A DNA stretch of 64,000 bases, from NCBI GenBank assembly GCA_037481775.1, contig JBBFKZ010000002.1:86453-150452 (forward strand). The letters are read 5' to 3'. Origin of the DNA: Candidatus Bathyarchaeia archaeon. Lineage in GTDB: Archaea; Thermoproteota; Bathyarchaeia; Bathyarchaeales; Bathycorpusculaceae. Shown piece after piece: positions 52,459-61,313 of the stretch. The position numbers and the translations under genes were made by a program. The notes under the pieces were generated by a model, which was not told where the DNA came from, ran no database searches, and was given only the letters and a program-made list of their open reading frames with translations. The first letter of the stretch is position 1, and each line of letters opens with the position of its first letter.

Positions 52459-52686
52459 TCATTTCACCCTTTTTGTTTTAGCATTGGATTAAGCCTCTTT
52501 TTAGTCTAACTTACATTTTTTTGTCTATTATCTCAACAGTGGCTACATTGCCTTTTAATTTTCCAATTAAAGCCAAAAGCGAGTTTTAACGTCATGTATA
52601 TCTCTACATATATACATGCATATTTTCATCATATTAACAATGTATAAGATTTTCATCACATCCTTTTGGTGCTTGGAGGTATCAAT

Positions 52687-53352
52687 TTGTCAGAGAGATT
52701 CGCAAAAAAATGGGAGACTAAACGCGATGCCCAGCCATTCACGGAACGCATTAAAGACGCTGTTTCGCCGCCAGGACCCTTGAAGCCGAGGCTTGACTTT
52801 GCCGTCAGACGCATTGAACTTCAAGTGCAGAAACTTGATCAGGCTGCAGACCGGTTCTCACAGAGAGACAAGGCAATCTTTGCAAGAATAGTTGACGCTT
52901 ACACAAAGCATGATACTGCACGCGCTAATGTTTTCGCCAACGAGTTAGCCGAAGTCCGTAAAATGGAGAAACTAATCATAAACGCCAGACTTGCCCTTGA
53001 ACAAATAGTATTAAGGTTACGAACAGTATCCGAACTTGGTGATGTAGTATCCACGTTAGGACCAGCTGTGGGCGTTCTACGTAGCGTCCGCGCAGGGCTA
53101 GTAAGCGTTTTCCCTGAAGCAGAAACCGAACTAGGCGAAATCGGCAACTTGCTAAGCGGAATCATGATCGAGGCAGGCCAAAGCTCAGGCATGACATTAA
53201 ACTTTGACACCGTAAACGAGGACGCGCAAAAGATTCTTGCAGAAGCAGCAACAGTTGCTGAACAGAAAGTTAAAGACAAGTTTCCAGAGCTGCCGCCAGG
53301 AATGCCCTCAATCGCCACGTCGCAGACAGAGAAAACTTCGGAAAGTTTCTAA
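52687..53352 (+). CDS. ESCRT-III (Snf7-like) CdvB1/B2 paralogue
   Basis: ANELAEVRK...ALEQIVLRLRTV ESCRT-III core; FPELP MIM-like tail; TTG after GGAGGT. Confidence 0.88.
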   Translation: MSERFAKKWETKRDAQPFTERIKDAVSPPGPLKPRLDFAVRRIELQVQKLDQAADRFSQRDKAIFARIVDAYTKHDTARANVFANELAEVRKMEKLIINARLALEQIVLRLRTVSELGDVVSTLGPAVGVLRSVRAGLVSVFPEAETELGEIGNLLSGIMIEAGQSSGMTLNFDTVNEDAQKILAEAATVAEQKVKDKFPELPPGMPSIATSQTEKTSESF

Positions 53353-53369
53353 ACTAAAGGGGGAAAATT

Positions 53370-54116
53370 ATGATCGACAACTCCAATCTTTTTCTTTCTA
53401 TCGGTAAACCAATAAAAGACGAATATGGTCGTTCAGTAGGCAGAGTTGCCTCGTTCGCGCTGACGCCAAACGGCAAATTCGACAGCGTATTCATAGAGTA
53501 CAATGATGGGAAGTTCTCAAAAGTACCAATGGAGTACCTGCAATTTAATGGTGCCGAAGTCACATTCCTCTCAACAATAAAGTCGCAAGCAAGCATCCTT
53601 TGCGATCAGATTCCGTTAATATGGCGCAAAGATCAGGCTCTTAACGACTTAGCTGAGAAAAGAAAGATTTCTCCTGACCTTTACCAGGAGCTTCACAACA
53701 ATTTTGACGGCGTCCTCAGCCAACTGAAGAAAGATGCACAGGCGCTTATAGACAACATTGTGAAGGAAATTGCACGTTGCGATCAGGAGATCAAAACGCT
53801 GGGCTATGCGGTTGTCAACTTGGAACTGGAACATGAAATAGGCCAAATCGATGATGAGGCTTACAAATCGGCTTTCAACATGCTTCAAGAAAACTTGAAG
53901 CGCGTCCATAAGGAAAAGAGCGATCTTGAACTTACCAAAAGCAAGCTGTCAAACATACTCTTAGGCGATTCTAAGCAGCTGGAGCCAAAGCCCACGGTAA
54001 TTCCCACTGAACCGCCTGCTAAAAAACCAGCAGTCAGCGAAGCTATCGTGTCGACTGAGCTCCCAGAGCCGCCAGTTGTTGTCTACGTGAAAGAAGTCGG
54101 AAAGGCAGGTATATAG
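53370..54116 (+). CDS. cdvA: Cell division protein CdvA
   Basis: N-terminal PRC barrel (IGKPIKDEYGR), coiled coil, C-terminal EPPVVVYV peptide. Confidence 0.88.
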   Translation: MIDNSNLFLSIGKPIKDEYGRSVGRVASFALTPNGKFDSVFIEYNDGKFSKVPMEYLQFNGAEVTFLSTIKSQASILCDQIPLIWRKDQALNDLAEKRKISPDLYQELHNNFDGVLSQLKKDAQALIDNIVKEIARCDQEIKTLGYAVVNLELEHEIGQIDDEAYKSAFNMLQENLKRVHKEKSDLELTKSKLSNILLGDSKQLEPKPTVIPTEPPAKKPAVSEAIVSTELPEPPVVVYVKEVGKAGI

Positions 54117-54164
54117 CCTAAAGGATGAAGAAGCGGGCGGAGGGAAAGAGTCATTAAAGGTCTA

Positions 54165-55052
54165 ATGAATTCAACCCCTCCACCTATACGGGAAGTTGCC
54201 ACTAAATCAATACTTACTCTACGCGTTCAGCAAAACAAGCTGGAGCAAGCAAGCTACCGCTTAAAGGAAAGAGACCGCATACTTTTTGAAACTTGCATGA
54301 ATGCTTTAAAGAGGAATAATAACGAAAAAGCAGCTATTTGTGCTAATGAAATTGCTGAAATAAGGAAACTAATAAAATTTCTTTATAATGTACAGCTGGC
54401 AATCGAACGCGTAATTCTTCGGCTTGAAACGATAAAAGAACTAAGCGACATTGTTGTTGATTTAAAGCCAGCTTTGAAGCTTCTTCAGAACGTTTCATCC
54501 GAATTATTCCAGGTTCTGCCTGATGTTTCAAAAGAGCTAAATAATGTTAATGAAGCGATACATGAAACACTTTATGCGACCAAGATCACGGCAGACGAGT
54601 CATTGATACCCGTAGGTAAAAAGACTGAGGCTGGCGAAGAAATACTAAATGAGGTATCCAGTTTCCTCGAGCGAAAATTGTCTGAGACTCTTCCAGAGCC
54701 GCCCGCTACTTTGCTTCAGTCCGAAGAAAAAGCAGCACCGATAAAAGAGATGGTTGCGCTTTCTGCTACATCATCGCAGATAATTGGACGTAAGAGTGCT
54801 GACGAAATCGGCTTGGATTCTTCGCAAACCCTAATTTCTTACAAGAAATCTGAGATTAAAGAAATCTCATTGAAAGTTGAGAAGCCTTCTCTTGAAGATG
54901 TGCTTCTTGAATATGTGCGAAAGAGCAATGGCGAGATAGATTTAGCCCGTTGTTCAGTTGATTTGAAAACTTCCTATGAAGAAATTGAAAAAGCTCTTGA
55001 AAACTTGGGAAACCAAGGTAAAATAAAAATCGAGTTAAAATCTCCTGAGTGA
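54165..55052 (+). CDS. cdvB: ESCRT-III CdvB with C-terminal winged helix
   Basis: ANEIAEIRK...AIERVILRLETI; LPEPP; wH domain LLEYVRKSNGEID. Confidence 0.87.
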   Translation: MNSTPPPIREVATKSILTLRVQQNKLEQASYRLKERDRILFETCMNALKRNNNEKAAICANEIAEIRKLIKFLYNVQLAIERVILRLETIKELSDIVVDLKPALKLLQNVSSELFQVLPDVSKELNNVNEAIHETLYATKITADESLIPVGKKTEAGEEILNEVSSFLERKLSETLPEPPATLLQSEEKAAPIKEMVALSATSSQIIGRKSADEIGLDSSQTLISYKKSEIKEISLKVEKPSLEDVLLEYVRKSNGEIDLARCSVDLKTSYEEIEKALENLGNQGKIKIELKSPE

Positions 55053-55067
55053 GAAGGTGAAAATGTC

Positions 55068-56246
55068 GTGAGCGCTTCCAATGAACTGGAAAAGGCCGCA
55101 ACCGCTTACGCGTTAGACGCGGTCCGCTTGGACAAGCAGGGCGCAAAAGGCAGAGCCATAACCATGTACCAGAAAGCCATCGAAAGCCTCCTGCAGCTCG
55201 TGCAGCTTTACCCTGATTACAGCCTAAACAAAGTTTACGTTCAGAGAGCCATCGCGTATCAGGAGAGAATCAAAATCCTGCAAGGCTCGGTATCGCCCAG
55301 CGAACTGCGGGCGGAATCCAACAATGGCGGAGAAGGCGGCGAAACAGCCACCGAGGGCGGCGGAGGCGGAGGAAAGCAAGACGAAGAGCTTGTTGTCACC
55401 GAAAAGCCCAAAGTAAACTGGAGTGAAGTTGTAGGTTTGGACATGGCGAAAAAAGCCGTCAAAGAAGCCATTGTCTACCCCGTGCAGAGACCCGATCTGT
55501 TCCCGCTCGGCTGGCCCAGAGGAATCTTGCTTTTCGGTCCGCCTGGCTGCGGTAAGACACTGCTTGCCGCTGCAGTTGCCACGGAGATAGATGCCAACTT
55601 CTATTCCATAGATGCCGCCTCAATTATGTCAAAGTGGCTTGGCGAAGCTGAGCAAAACGTTGCCAAACTTTTCAATTCAGCACGCAAGTCTTCAAATGAA
55701 GGTAAACCTGCAATAGTCTTCGTCGATGAACTGGACTCGTTGATGGGACAGCACCAAAACGAGGTCGGCGGAGAAATCCGCGTGCGAAACCAATTCCTGA
55801 AGGAGATGGACGGCATAGTTGACAAAGGCAAGAACCTGCATGTCTACGTTATCGGCGCCACCAACAAGCCATGGGATCTGGACTGGGCGTTCATACGGCG
55901 ATTCCAAAAAAGAATTCTTGTGCCGCTGCCCGATCACCACACACGATTGATGATGCTTAAGCTCTACACCGCCAATCTTCAAATAGCCCCCGACGTTGAC
56001 TTGCACGAGCTGGCGCGGCTTTCCGAGGGCTTTTCAGGCAGCGACATACGCGACGTGTGCCAATCAGCTCAGCTGAAAATTATAGGCGAATTCTTCGAGT
56101 CAGGAAAAGCCATGGATAAGGCAGCCAAACCAAGATCTCTGACAATGAACGATTTCAAGCAGATACTGGAGGAGCGGAAACCAAGCGTCTCATTGGATAT
56201 GCTGGCGATGTATAACCGCTGGTTTGAGGCCTTCAAAGCCTTATAA
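55068..56246 (+). CDS. cdvC: Vps4-like AAA+ ATPase CdvC
   Basis: MIT domain, GPPGCGKT, SKWLGE, FVDE, ATNKPW..D, RRF. Confidence 0.93.
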   Translation: MSASNELEKAATAYALDAVRLDKQGAKGRAITMYQKAIESLLQLVQLYPDYSLNKVYVQRAIAYQERIKILQGSVSPSELRAESNNGGEGGETATEGGGGGGKQDEELVVTEKPKVNWSEVVGLDMAKKAVKEAIVYPVQRPDLFPLGWPRGILLFGPPGCGKTLLAAAVATEIDANFYSIDAASIMSKWLGEAEQNVAKLFNSARKSSNEGKPAIVFVDELDSLMGQHQNEVGGEIRVRNQFLKEMDGIVDKGKNLHVYVIGATNKPWDLDWAFIRRFQKRILVPLPDHHTRLMMLKLYTANLQIAPDVDLHELARLSEGFSGSDIRDVCQSAQLKIIGEFFESGKAMDKAAKPRSLTMNDFKQILEERKPSVSLDMLAMYNRWFEAFKAL

Positions 56247-56408
56247 AAAAGGAGGGGAAAACACAAAACTGAAAAACGGGTTGGGTGGAAAGGTTTGGAG
56301 ACAACCTAATTTTTGCACGCTCTCCCTTCTCCCCCTCAAACTATTCTCCAAACCCCACAACCCAACAAACCACACCAATTTTTAACCAAAAACAACCACG
56401 CTACACCA

Positions 56409-56460
56409 TCATATTTGGCGGCTATTAGCGATTCATTGCAGAAACCTATAGAGGGGCTAT
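56409..56460 (-). repeat. 52-bp intergenic repeat, copy B (inverted)
   Basis: Exact reverse complement of 42097-42148. Confidence 0.92.
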
Positions 56461-56482
56461 TCGGGCTCTGCCGCGTGGGAGC

Positions 56483-59284
56483 TCAATGTTTTAGCTGCCT
56501 CTTGATGATTTCTTTTGCGGCTTCCACTGCTTCCTTCAGCTTTTCAGGTTTGGTTCCGCCGCCTTGGGCAAAATTGGGTTTTCCCCCGCCGCCGCCACCA
56601 ATAATAGCTGCCGCTGCCTTAGCTGCCTCGCCGGCGTTGACGCCTTTTTCCACAGCAGCCTTCCCAGCCATCACGAGGACTCGAGCGTTTTTCTCGTCTG
56701 CCGCGTAAAACAGCGCAACCGCTGCTTCGTTCCGCTTCACTATCTCATTCGCAGTCTCCACCATACGGTTAACATCCACTTCCTGGAAGCAGCGTTCAAC
56801 AATTGTCACTCCCTCGACTTCCTCGGCTTGTTCCGCCGCTTTTGGCTGCTCCAGCGCTGCGCTGTCTCTGGCCGCTAACTCCCTAATTAGCCTCCGATTC
56901 TCCGCGTTGGCTTCCTTCAGCTCTCTCACCAGTTTCTCAGCGGTTTTATCCAGTTTCTCCAACGGCGCGCCCAAAATCTCGGAAACCCTCCACAGCAGCT
57001 GCTCCTGCTGCTGCACTGCCTTTAACGCGTGAAGCCCAACTGCGTACACAAGCCGTTCCACGCCGTCTTGGATACGTTCCGTGTAGAGAATCTTGATGAA
57101 GCCTATCTCGCCTGTTCGCTTCAGATGCGTTCCCGCGCAGGCTTCTACATCCCAGTCTCCTGTTTTCACCACGCGAATGTCCTTGCCGGGCACCGCGCCG
57201 CCCTGATAAAGCCTAAAACCATACTGCGCCTCCGCTTGGCTCCGCGGCATCCACGCAGTAGTCACCGGCATGTCCGCCAAAACCGCTTGGTTCGCTAGAG
57301 TTTCAATCTTGTGTATCTCCTCCGGGGTCAGGCGGCGATAATGCGAAATGTCCAGCCGCGTGCTCTCTAGGCCCTTTTGGGTGCCGTGCTGCCAAACATG
57401 CTCGCCTAACACGCGCCTTGCAGCGCCATTAACAAGATGGGTAGCCGTATGCGCCTTCATAAGCGCATAACGCTTGTCCCAGTCAATCATGCCCTTGACA
57501 ACAGCGCCCTCTTTAAGCGCAGAGGCGTCCTTAACCCTGTGCAAGATGACTCTGCCAACTTTCTGCACATCCAAAACCTCTACTTTTGCGTCGCCAAGCA
57601 ACAGGAAGCCCTGATCTGCAGGTTGCCCTCCGCCTTCGGGATAAAAATATGTGCGATCCAAAACAACATGCTGATTGTCAATTATCTTTAGAATTTTAGC
57701 GTCGAACTCTTTCACATAGGCATCTGCATAATACATCTGCTCAGTCGGCGGCAAATCTGTCGTGGCTGCCTCTAATCGGGCTTCTACTTTCCCCTCTTCC
57801 TCTTCAGCCGGCTTCTCCGCTTGCATGTGCCTATTCGCGATTAAAGTATAGAAGTCTTCAGGGACCTCCACCGCTATGCCTTCTGCTTCGGCTACTTCTT
57901 TAACGATTTCAGGTGGAAGCCCATGCGAATCATATAATTCCGAGAGCGTCGCTTCAGGCAGGCGGTTGACGCTTTTAGCCTTGAGCTCTGCGGCGATACG
58001 CTTCACCATGCCCTCGCCCCTCTTCAGCGTGTCAGTGAACTTTTCCTCCTCCGCCTTCAGCAGCTCCATAATCTCGTTACGCATGGCTCTGATATGCGGG
58101 TAATCCCTGGACCAGTAATCAACCTGCAAATCCACTATGTCATAAAGCCTATCTTGGATGCTCAGCATCTTCAGCAAGCGGTAAACTCGGCGGAACAGCA
58201 GCCTCGCCAAATATCCCTCATGAATGTTTGAGGGCACAATGCCTTCAGAAAGCATAAAGCTTAAGCACTTAGTGTGGTCTGCCACGGCAAAGGCGTTTTC
58301 AATGGGCACCAGCACCCTATCCAGCTCAGCAACATCTAAGCCCACGAGCTTGGCCACTTGCCTTCGCGCGTTCATCCTGTTCGCGTTTTTGTCAATGCTC
58401 ACCAAACCAGAATACTTCGCTACAGAAAATAGCAATTCATTATCTGGCTTTAGCCCGGCCATGGCGAAAATCTTGTCAAGCAGCTTTCCATAAACAGCGT
58501 GGAAGCAACTTGGTGCACCCTGCGAGAGCCACGCGAAACGATCAAGACCATAGCCGGTGTCCACGGTGCGTATGGGCAGCTTGATGAACTCGCCATCCAC
58601 GACTTTATACTGCATGAAAACAAGCGTTGCAACCTCTAAACCGCCGATGATGCACTCCACATCAGGGCCGGCGTTTCCACCGCCAACCCAAACATCCTCC
58701 TTGTAAGTGACATCCTCAGATTTCACGCCCAAAACATCCGTGACAAACTCGTGATGATAGCGCACAGTGGCGTCTTTCCAGTAAACCTCCAAATCAGGAT
58801 AATTAAACGCATGCGCGCCGCCCATCTCAAAAATAGTCAAGTGCCTGCCAAACGTTGGCCCAGTGTTCGCTATATCCACCAGCCTAATGCATGGCTGCGC
58901 TATAACCAGCGGGTTAGCAGGAGGCGGAGCAATGCCCTCAGTAACGTATGGCTGGAAGTCAATTATGCTGGCGTGTGTCAAGTAAATGTCGTTTCGCCAT
59001 CTCGCCACAACAGGGTAAGGCTTAATGCGCGCGTGATTGTGCTTCTCGAAGAAGGAGAGAAATGCCTCCCGCATCTCGGGAAGACCGTAGCTTTTCCGTG
59101 TCGGCGGATTCTTCAGAAACGTGTAACAAGCGCATCCATCGGAAGATGATTCTCCACAAGTCTCCTGCTCGGCGTTCTGTGTCCAAAAATATTCGCCACA
59201 CCCGGGACAAAGCTTCCTGGCGAATCCTTCTTCCTTGAAGAACTTGAGCGCGTATTCTTCTGCTGGAAACCTCTTCAAACTCAT
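56483..59284 (-). CDS. alaS: Alanine--tRNA ligase (archaeal type)
   Basis: YPVVARWR, FEMGG, VDTGYG, HTATH/CAGTH editing motifs, GGGGK..AQGGG. Confidence 0.97.
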   Translation of the reverse strand: MSLKRFPAEEYALKFFKEEGFARKLCPGCGEYFWTQNAEQETCGESSSDGCACYTFLKNPPTRKSYGLPEMREAFLSFFEKHNHARIKPYPVVARWRNDIYLTHASIIDFQPYVTEGIAPPPANPLVIAQPCIRLVDIANTGPTFGRHLTIFEMGGAHAFNYPDLEVYWKDATVRYHHEFVTDVLGVKSEDVTYKEDVWVGGGNAGPDVECIIGGLEVATLVFMQYKVVDGEFIKLPIRTVDTGYGLDRFAWLSQGAPSCFHAVYGKLLDKIFAMAGLKPDNELLFSVAKYSGLVSIDKNANRMNARRQVAKLVGLDVAELDRVLVPIENAFAVADHTKCLSFMLSEGIVPSNIHEGYLARLLFRRVYRLLKMLSIQDRLYDIVDLQVDYWSRDYPHIRAMRNEIMELLKAEEEKFTDTLKRGEGMVKRIAAELKAKSVNRLPEATLSELYDSHGLPPEIVKEVAEAEGIAVEVPEDFYTLIANRHMQAEKPAEEEEGKVEARLEAATTDLPPTEQMYYADAYVKEFDAKILKIIDNQHVVLDRTYFYPEGGGQPADQGFLLLGDAKVEVLDVQKVGRVILHRVKDASALKEGAVVKGMIDWDKRYALMKAHTATHLVNGAARRVLGEHVWQHGTQKGLESTRLDISHYRRLTPEEIHKIETLANQAVLADMPVTTAWMPRSQAEAQYGFRLYQGGAVPGKDIRVVKTGDWDVEACAGTHLKRTGEIGFIKILYTERIQDGVERLVYAVGLHALKAVQQQEQLLWRVSEILGAPLEKLDKTAEKLVRELKEANAENRRLIRELAARDSAALEQPKAAEQAEEVEGVTIVERCFQEVDVNRMVETANEIVKRNEAAVALFYAADEKNARVLVMAGKAAVEKGVNAGEAAKAAAAIIGGGGGGKPNFAQGGGTKPEKLKEAVEAAKEIIKRQLKH

Positions 59285-59429
59285 GAGACACTCCGCTTAC
59301 AGTTGAGGTAACCCCTATTTTAAAGGGGTTACGAAGTTCACCGATTTAAACCATTTCGCTTTAAACCTAAACTGAACTTAAAAAGAGATGGTGCACGCCC
59401 ATAACCAAGGCAATGCCGTGTGGCTTTTT

Positions 59430-61313
59430 TTAAGCATTGCTTCTTAGGTATTTTTCTATTTCTTTTTCTGCATTGTCTGCTTTGATGAAGATTGGCACGT
59501 TCTCGATGCCTGTGGCGATGTAGCTGCTGAGAAGCCACTCTCCAGGAGCAAACTCCAAGGTTTTCTCCAAGATGCTCTTGTCAATCATGAAGGTGTCGCT
59601 TACCAGTGTCCTATCGTATGGGCGTGGCAGCGTGCCTACAAAGTAGGTGTGCAACTGCTGCAGCGCGTTTGTGTTTAGGTATGCGATGCGTTGGGTAGCT
59701 ATGCAGACGCCTAAGCCGTATTTGCGGCCTTGCCGAAGCAGCGTTTCCACATGCTGAGAGCACTTGCCTTCTATGCCGCTTTCCTTACTGCTGACAAACT
59801 CCTGCGCCTCGTCAAACACGACAAGTATGTAGGGTTTAACAGTGAACCGCCTTTTACGCCGCACCAGCAGATCCTGCGTTAAGCTTATCGCGAGCTCCTT
59901 AATGGTGAATGGGTCGCTTATCGAAATCACAACAAGCCGCGTTGACTTATCCTCTAACAGTTCACGTATGCCCTCCACCGTTAAGCCTGCTGCAGCTTTG
60001 TCTTCCTTCTCGCTGCGCTTCTTGAACAAATCCAAGATGGTGTTTCGTGTAGTAGCCCACGCGTACAAGCCACTCTTATCGTGAACGCGGAATCTTTCTA
60101 CAACCTCACGTGCAACCTCGTCAATGTAGCCCACAAACTCCTCGCTGACTTCTTGGTTCTCGCTTAACCCCTGTTTCTCCACGTACTCTCGCACTGCATC
60201 GCTGATGGCGTCTATGGCGTTGATGTAATGTGGCTTGCCTATGGCTTCCTTCCGTTGATCGTCAAGCTCCTCAAAAATCTGAGTGTACGTGGGAATCTTC
60301 TGCTTCGGCTTAGTGTAATACGAAAGCTTGCCCTGATCCATTATCGCCTGCAGTCCCCTCTTTGTCCGCTGATCCATCTCGTACTCACGAGGCTTAACCA
60401 CTGAGTTGAAAAACTGCTCCAGCGAGTCAATGCGATGCTCAAGGATAACCTTCGATTGTATATTCGAATCCGCCAGCACATCTAACAGCAGAAACGTGTA
60501 TTCACAGCTTATGTCAAAAATAACCATCTTTGTGTTCTCTTTGGTTGTGTGAAGTAATATCCGTCTGAGAATGTTGGACATTAAATTGCTTTTCCCGCCA
60601 CCGGTGAAAGCGAAAACGCCGAAATGATACCGTATAAGCTTCTCGAAGTCCACGTAGATTGGTATTGGCACGTTACTAGCTTCGAACATCTTAATCACGC
60701 CAAGCCTTGGATCAAGCCGCGCGTTCTCCACGGTTTTTGTTGGATCAACACCAAGGGCGGCGGCGATTTTCTGGTTGTACATGCGGTTGATCATTTCGCC
60801 GTTCAAGACGTAAACAGGGCTACCTACTATAGGATACGAAAAGCCCTTAACAAACTCGAACTCGCATTCCCGGTTAACAATCAAATCATAGTTTATGGGG
60901 ATGGCGTCTATCTGAATCATCATGGTTGAAGTATCATCAGTCTGCCAGTCCTCTTCGCTCTGTTCGATGATTTCAAACTGCATCGGGTAATAGCCATGAT
61001 CGCCTAAACCGCGCAAGCCGAAATGCTCTGGCCAAACGCGGCTAATCTCCATCAAAGTGTACCGCACTGACCCCTCGCTTGCCCGCTTAAAGTTCCGCAC
61101 TGCCAACAGCATACCCTCCTCAAGCAAGCCCATCAAGTCCTTCTGATACTCAATCTTAACACGGCACTGGTAGCGGGCGGCCGTGCCCGTAACCTTTGCC
61201 TCTTCTCCACCGCCGAAATATCTAGGGATAACCGCAGCTAAGCGGCCGCGGAATTTGCCGTCAAAATCCGTGAAGCAAAGGCTGTTAATGGCTTTCTCTT
61301 CTTGCCTGTTCAA
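59430..61313 (-). CDS. HerA-family ATPase/helicase
   Basis: HFGVFAFTGGGKSN, VFDEAQ, RQGRKYG, ATQR. Confidence 0.87.
   Translation of the reverse strand: MNRQEEKAINSLCFTDFDGKFRGRLAAVIPRYFGGGEEAKVTGTAARYQCRVKIEYQKDLMGLLEEGMLLAVRNFKRASEGSVRYTLMEISRVWPEHFGLRGLGDHGYYPMQFEIIEQSEEDWQTDDTSTMMIQIDAIPINYDLIVNRECEFEFVKGFSYPIVGSPVYVLNGEMINRMYNQKIAAALGVDPTKTVENARLDPRLGVIKMFEASNVPIPIYVDFEKLIRYHFGVFAFTGGGKSNLMSNILRRILLHTTKENTKMVIFDISCEYTFLLLDVLADSNIQSKVILEHRIDSLEQFFNSVVKPREYEMDQRTKRGLQAIMDQGKLSYYTKPKQKIPTYTQIFEELDDQRKEAIGKPHYINAIDAISDAVREYVEKQGLSENQEVSEEFVGYIDEVAREVVERFRVHDKSGLYAWATTRNTILDLFKKRSEKEDKAAAGLTVEGIRELLEDKSTRLVVISISDPFTIKELAISLTQDLLVRRKRRFTVKPYILVVFDEAQEFVSSKESGIEGKCSQHVETLLRQGRKYGLGVCIATQRIAYLNTNALQQLHTYFVGTLPRPYDRTLVSDTFMIDKSILEKTLEFAPGEWLLSSYIATGIENVPIFIKADNAEKEIEKYLRSNA

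Noticed and set aside
56247-56408. G-rich/C-rich low-complexity region with GGTTTGGAGA/TCTCCAAACC
   Set aside because: Most simply a terminator region between the convergent cdvC and alaS genes.
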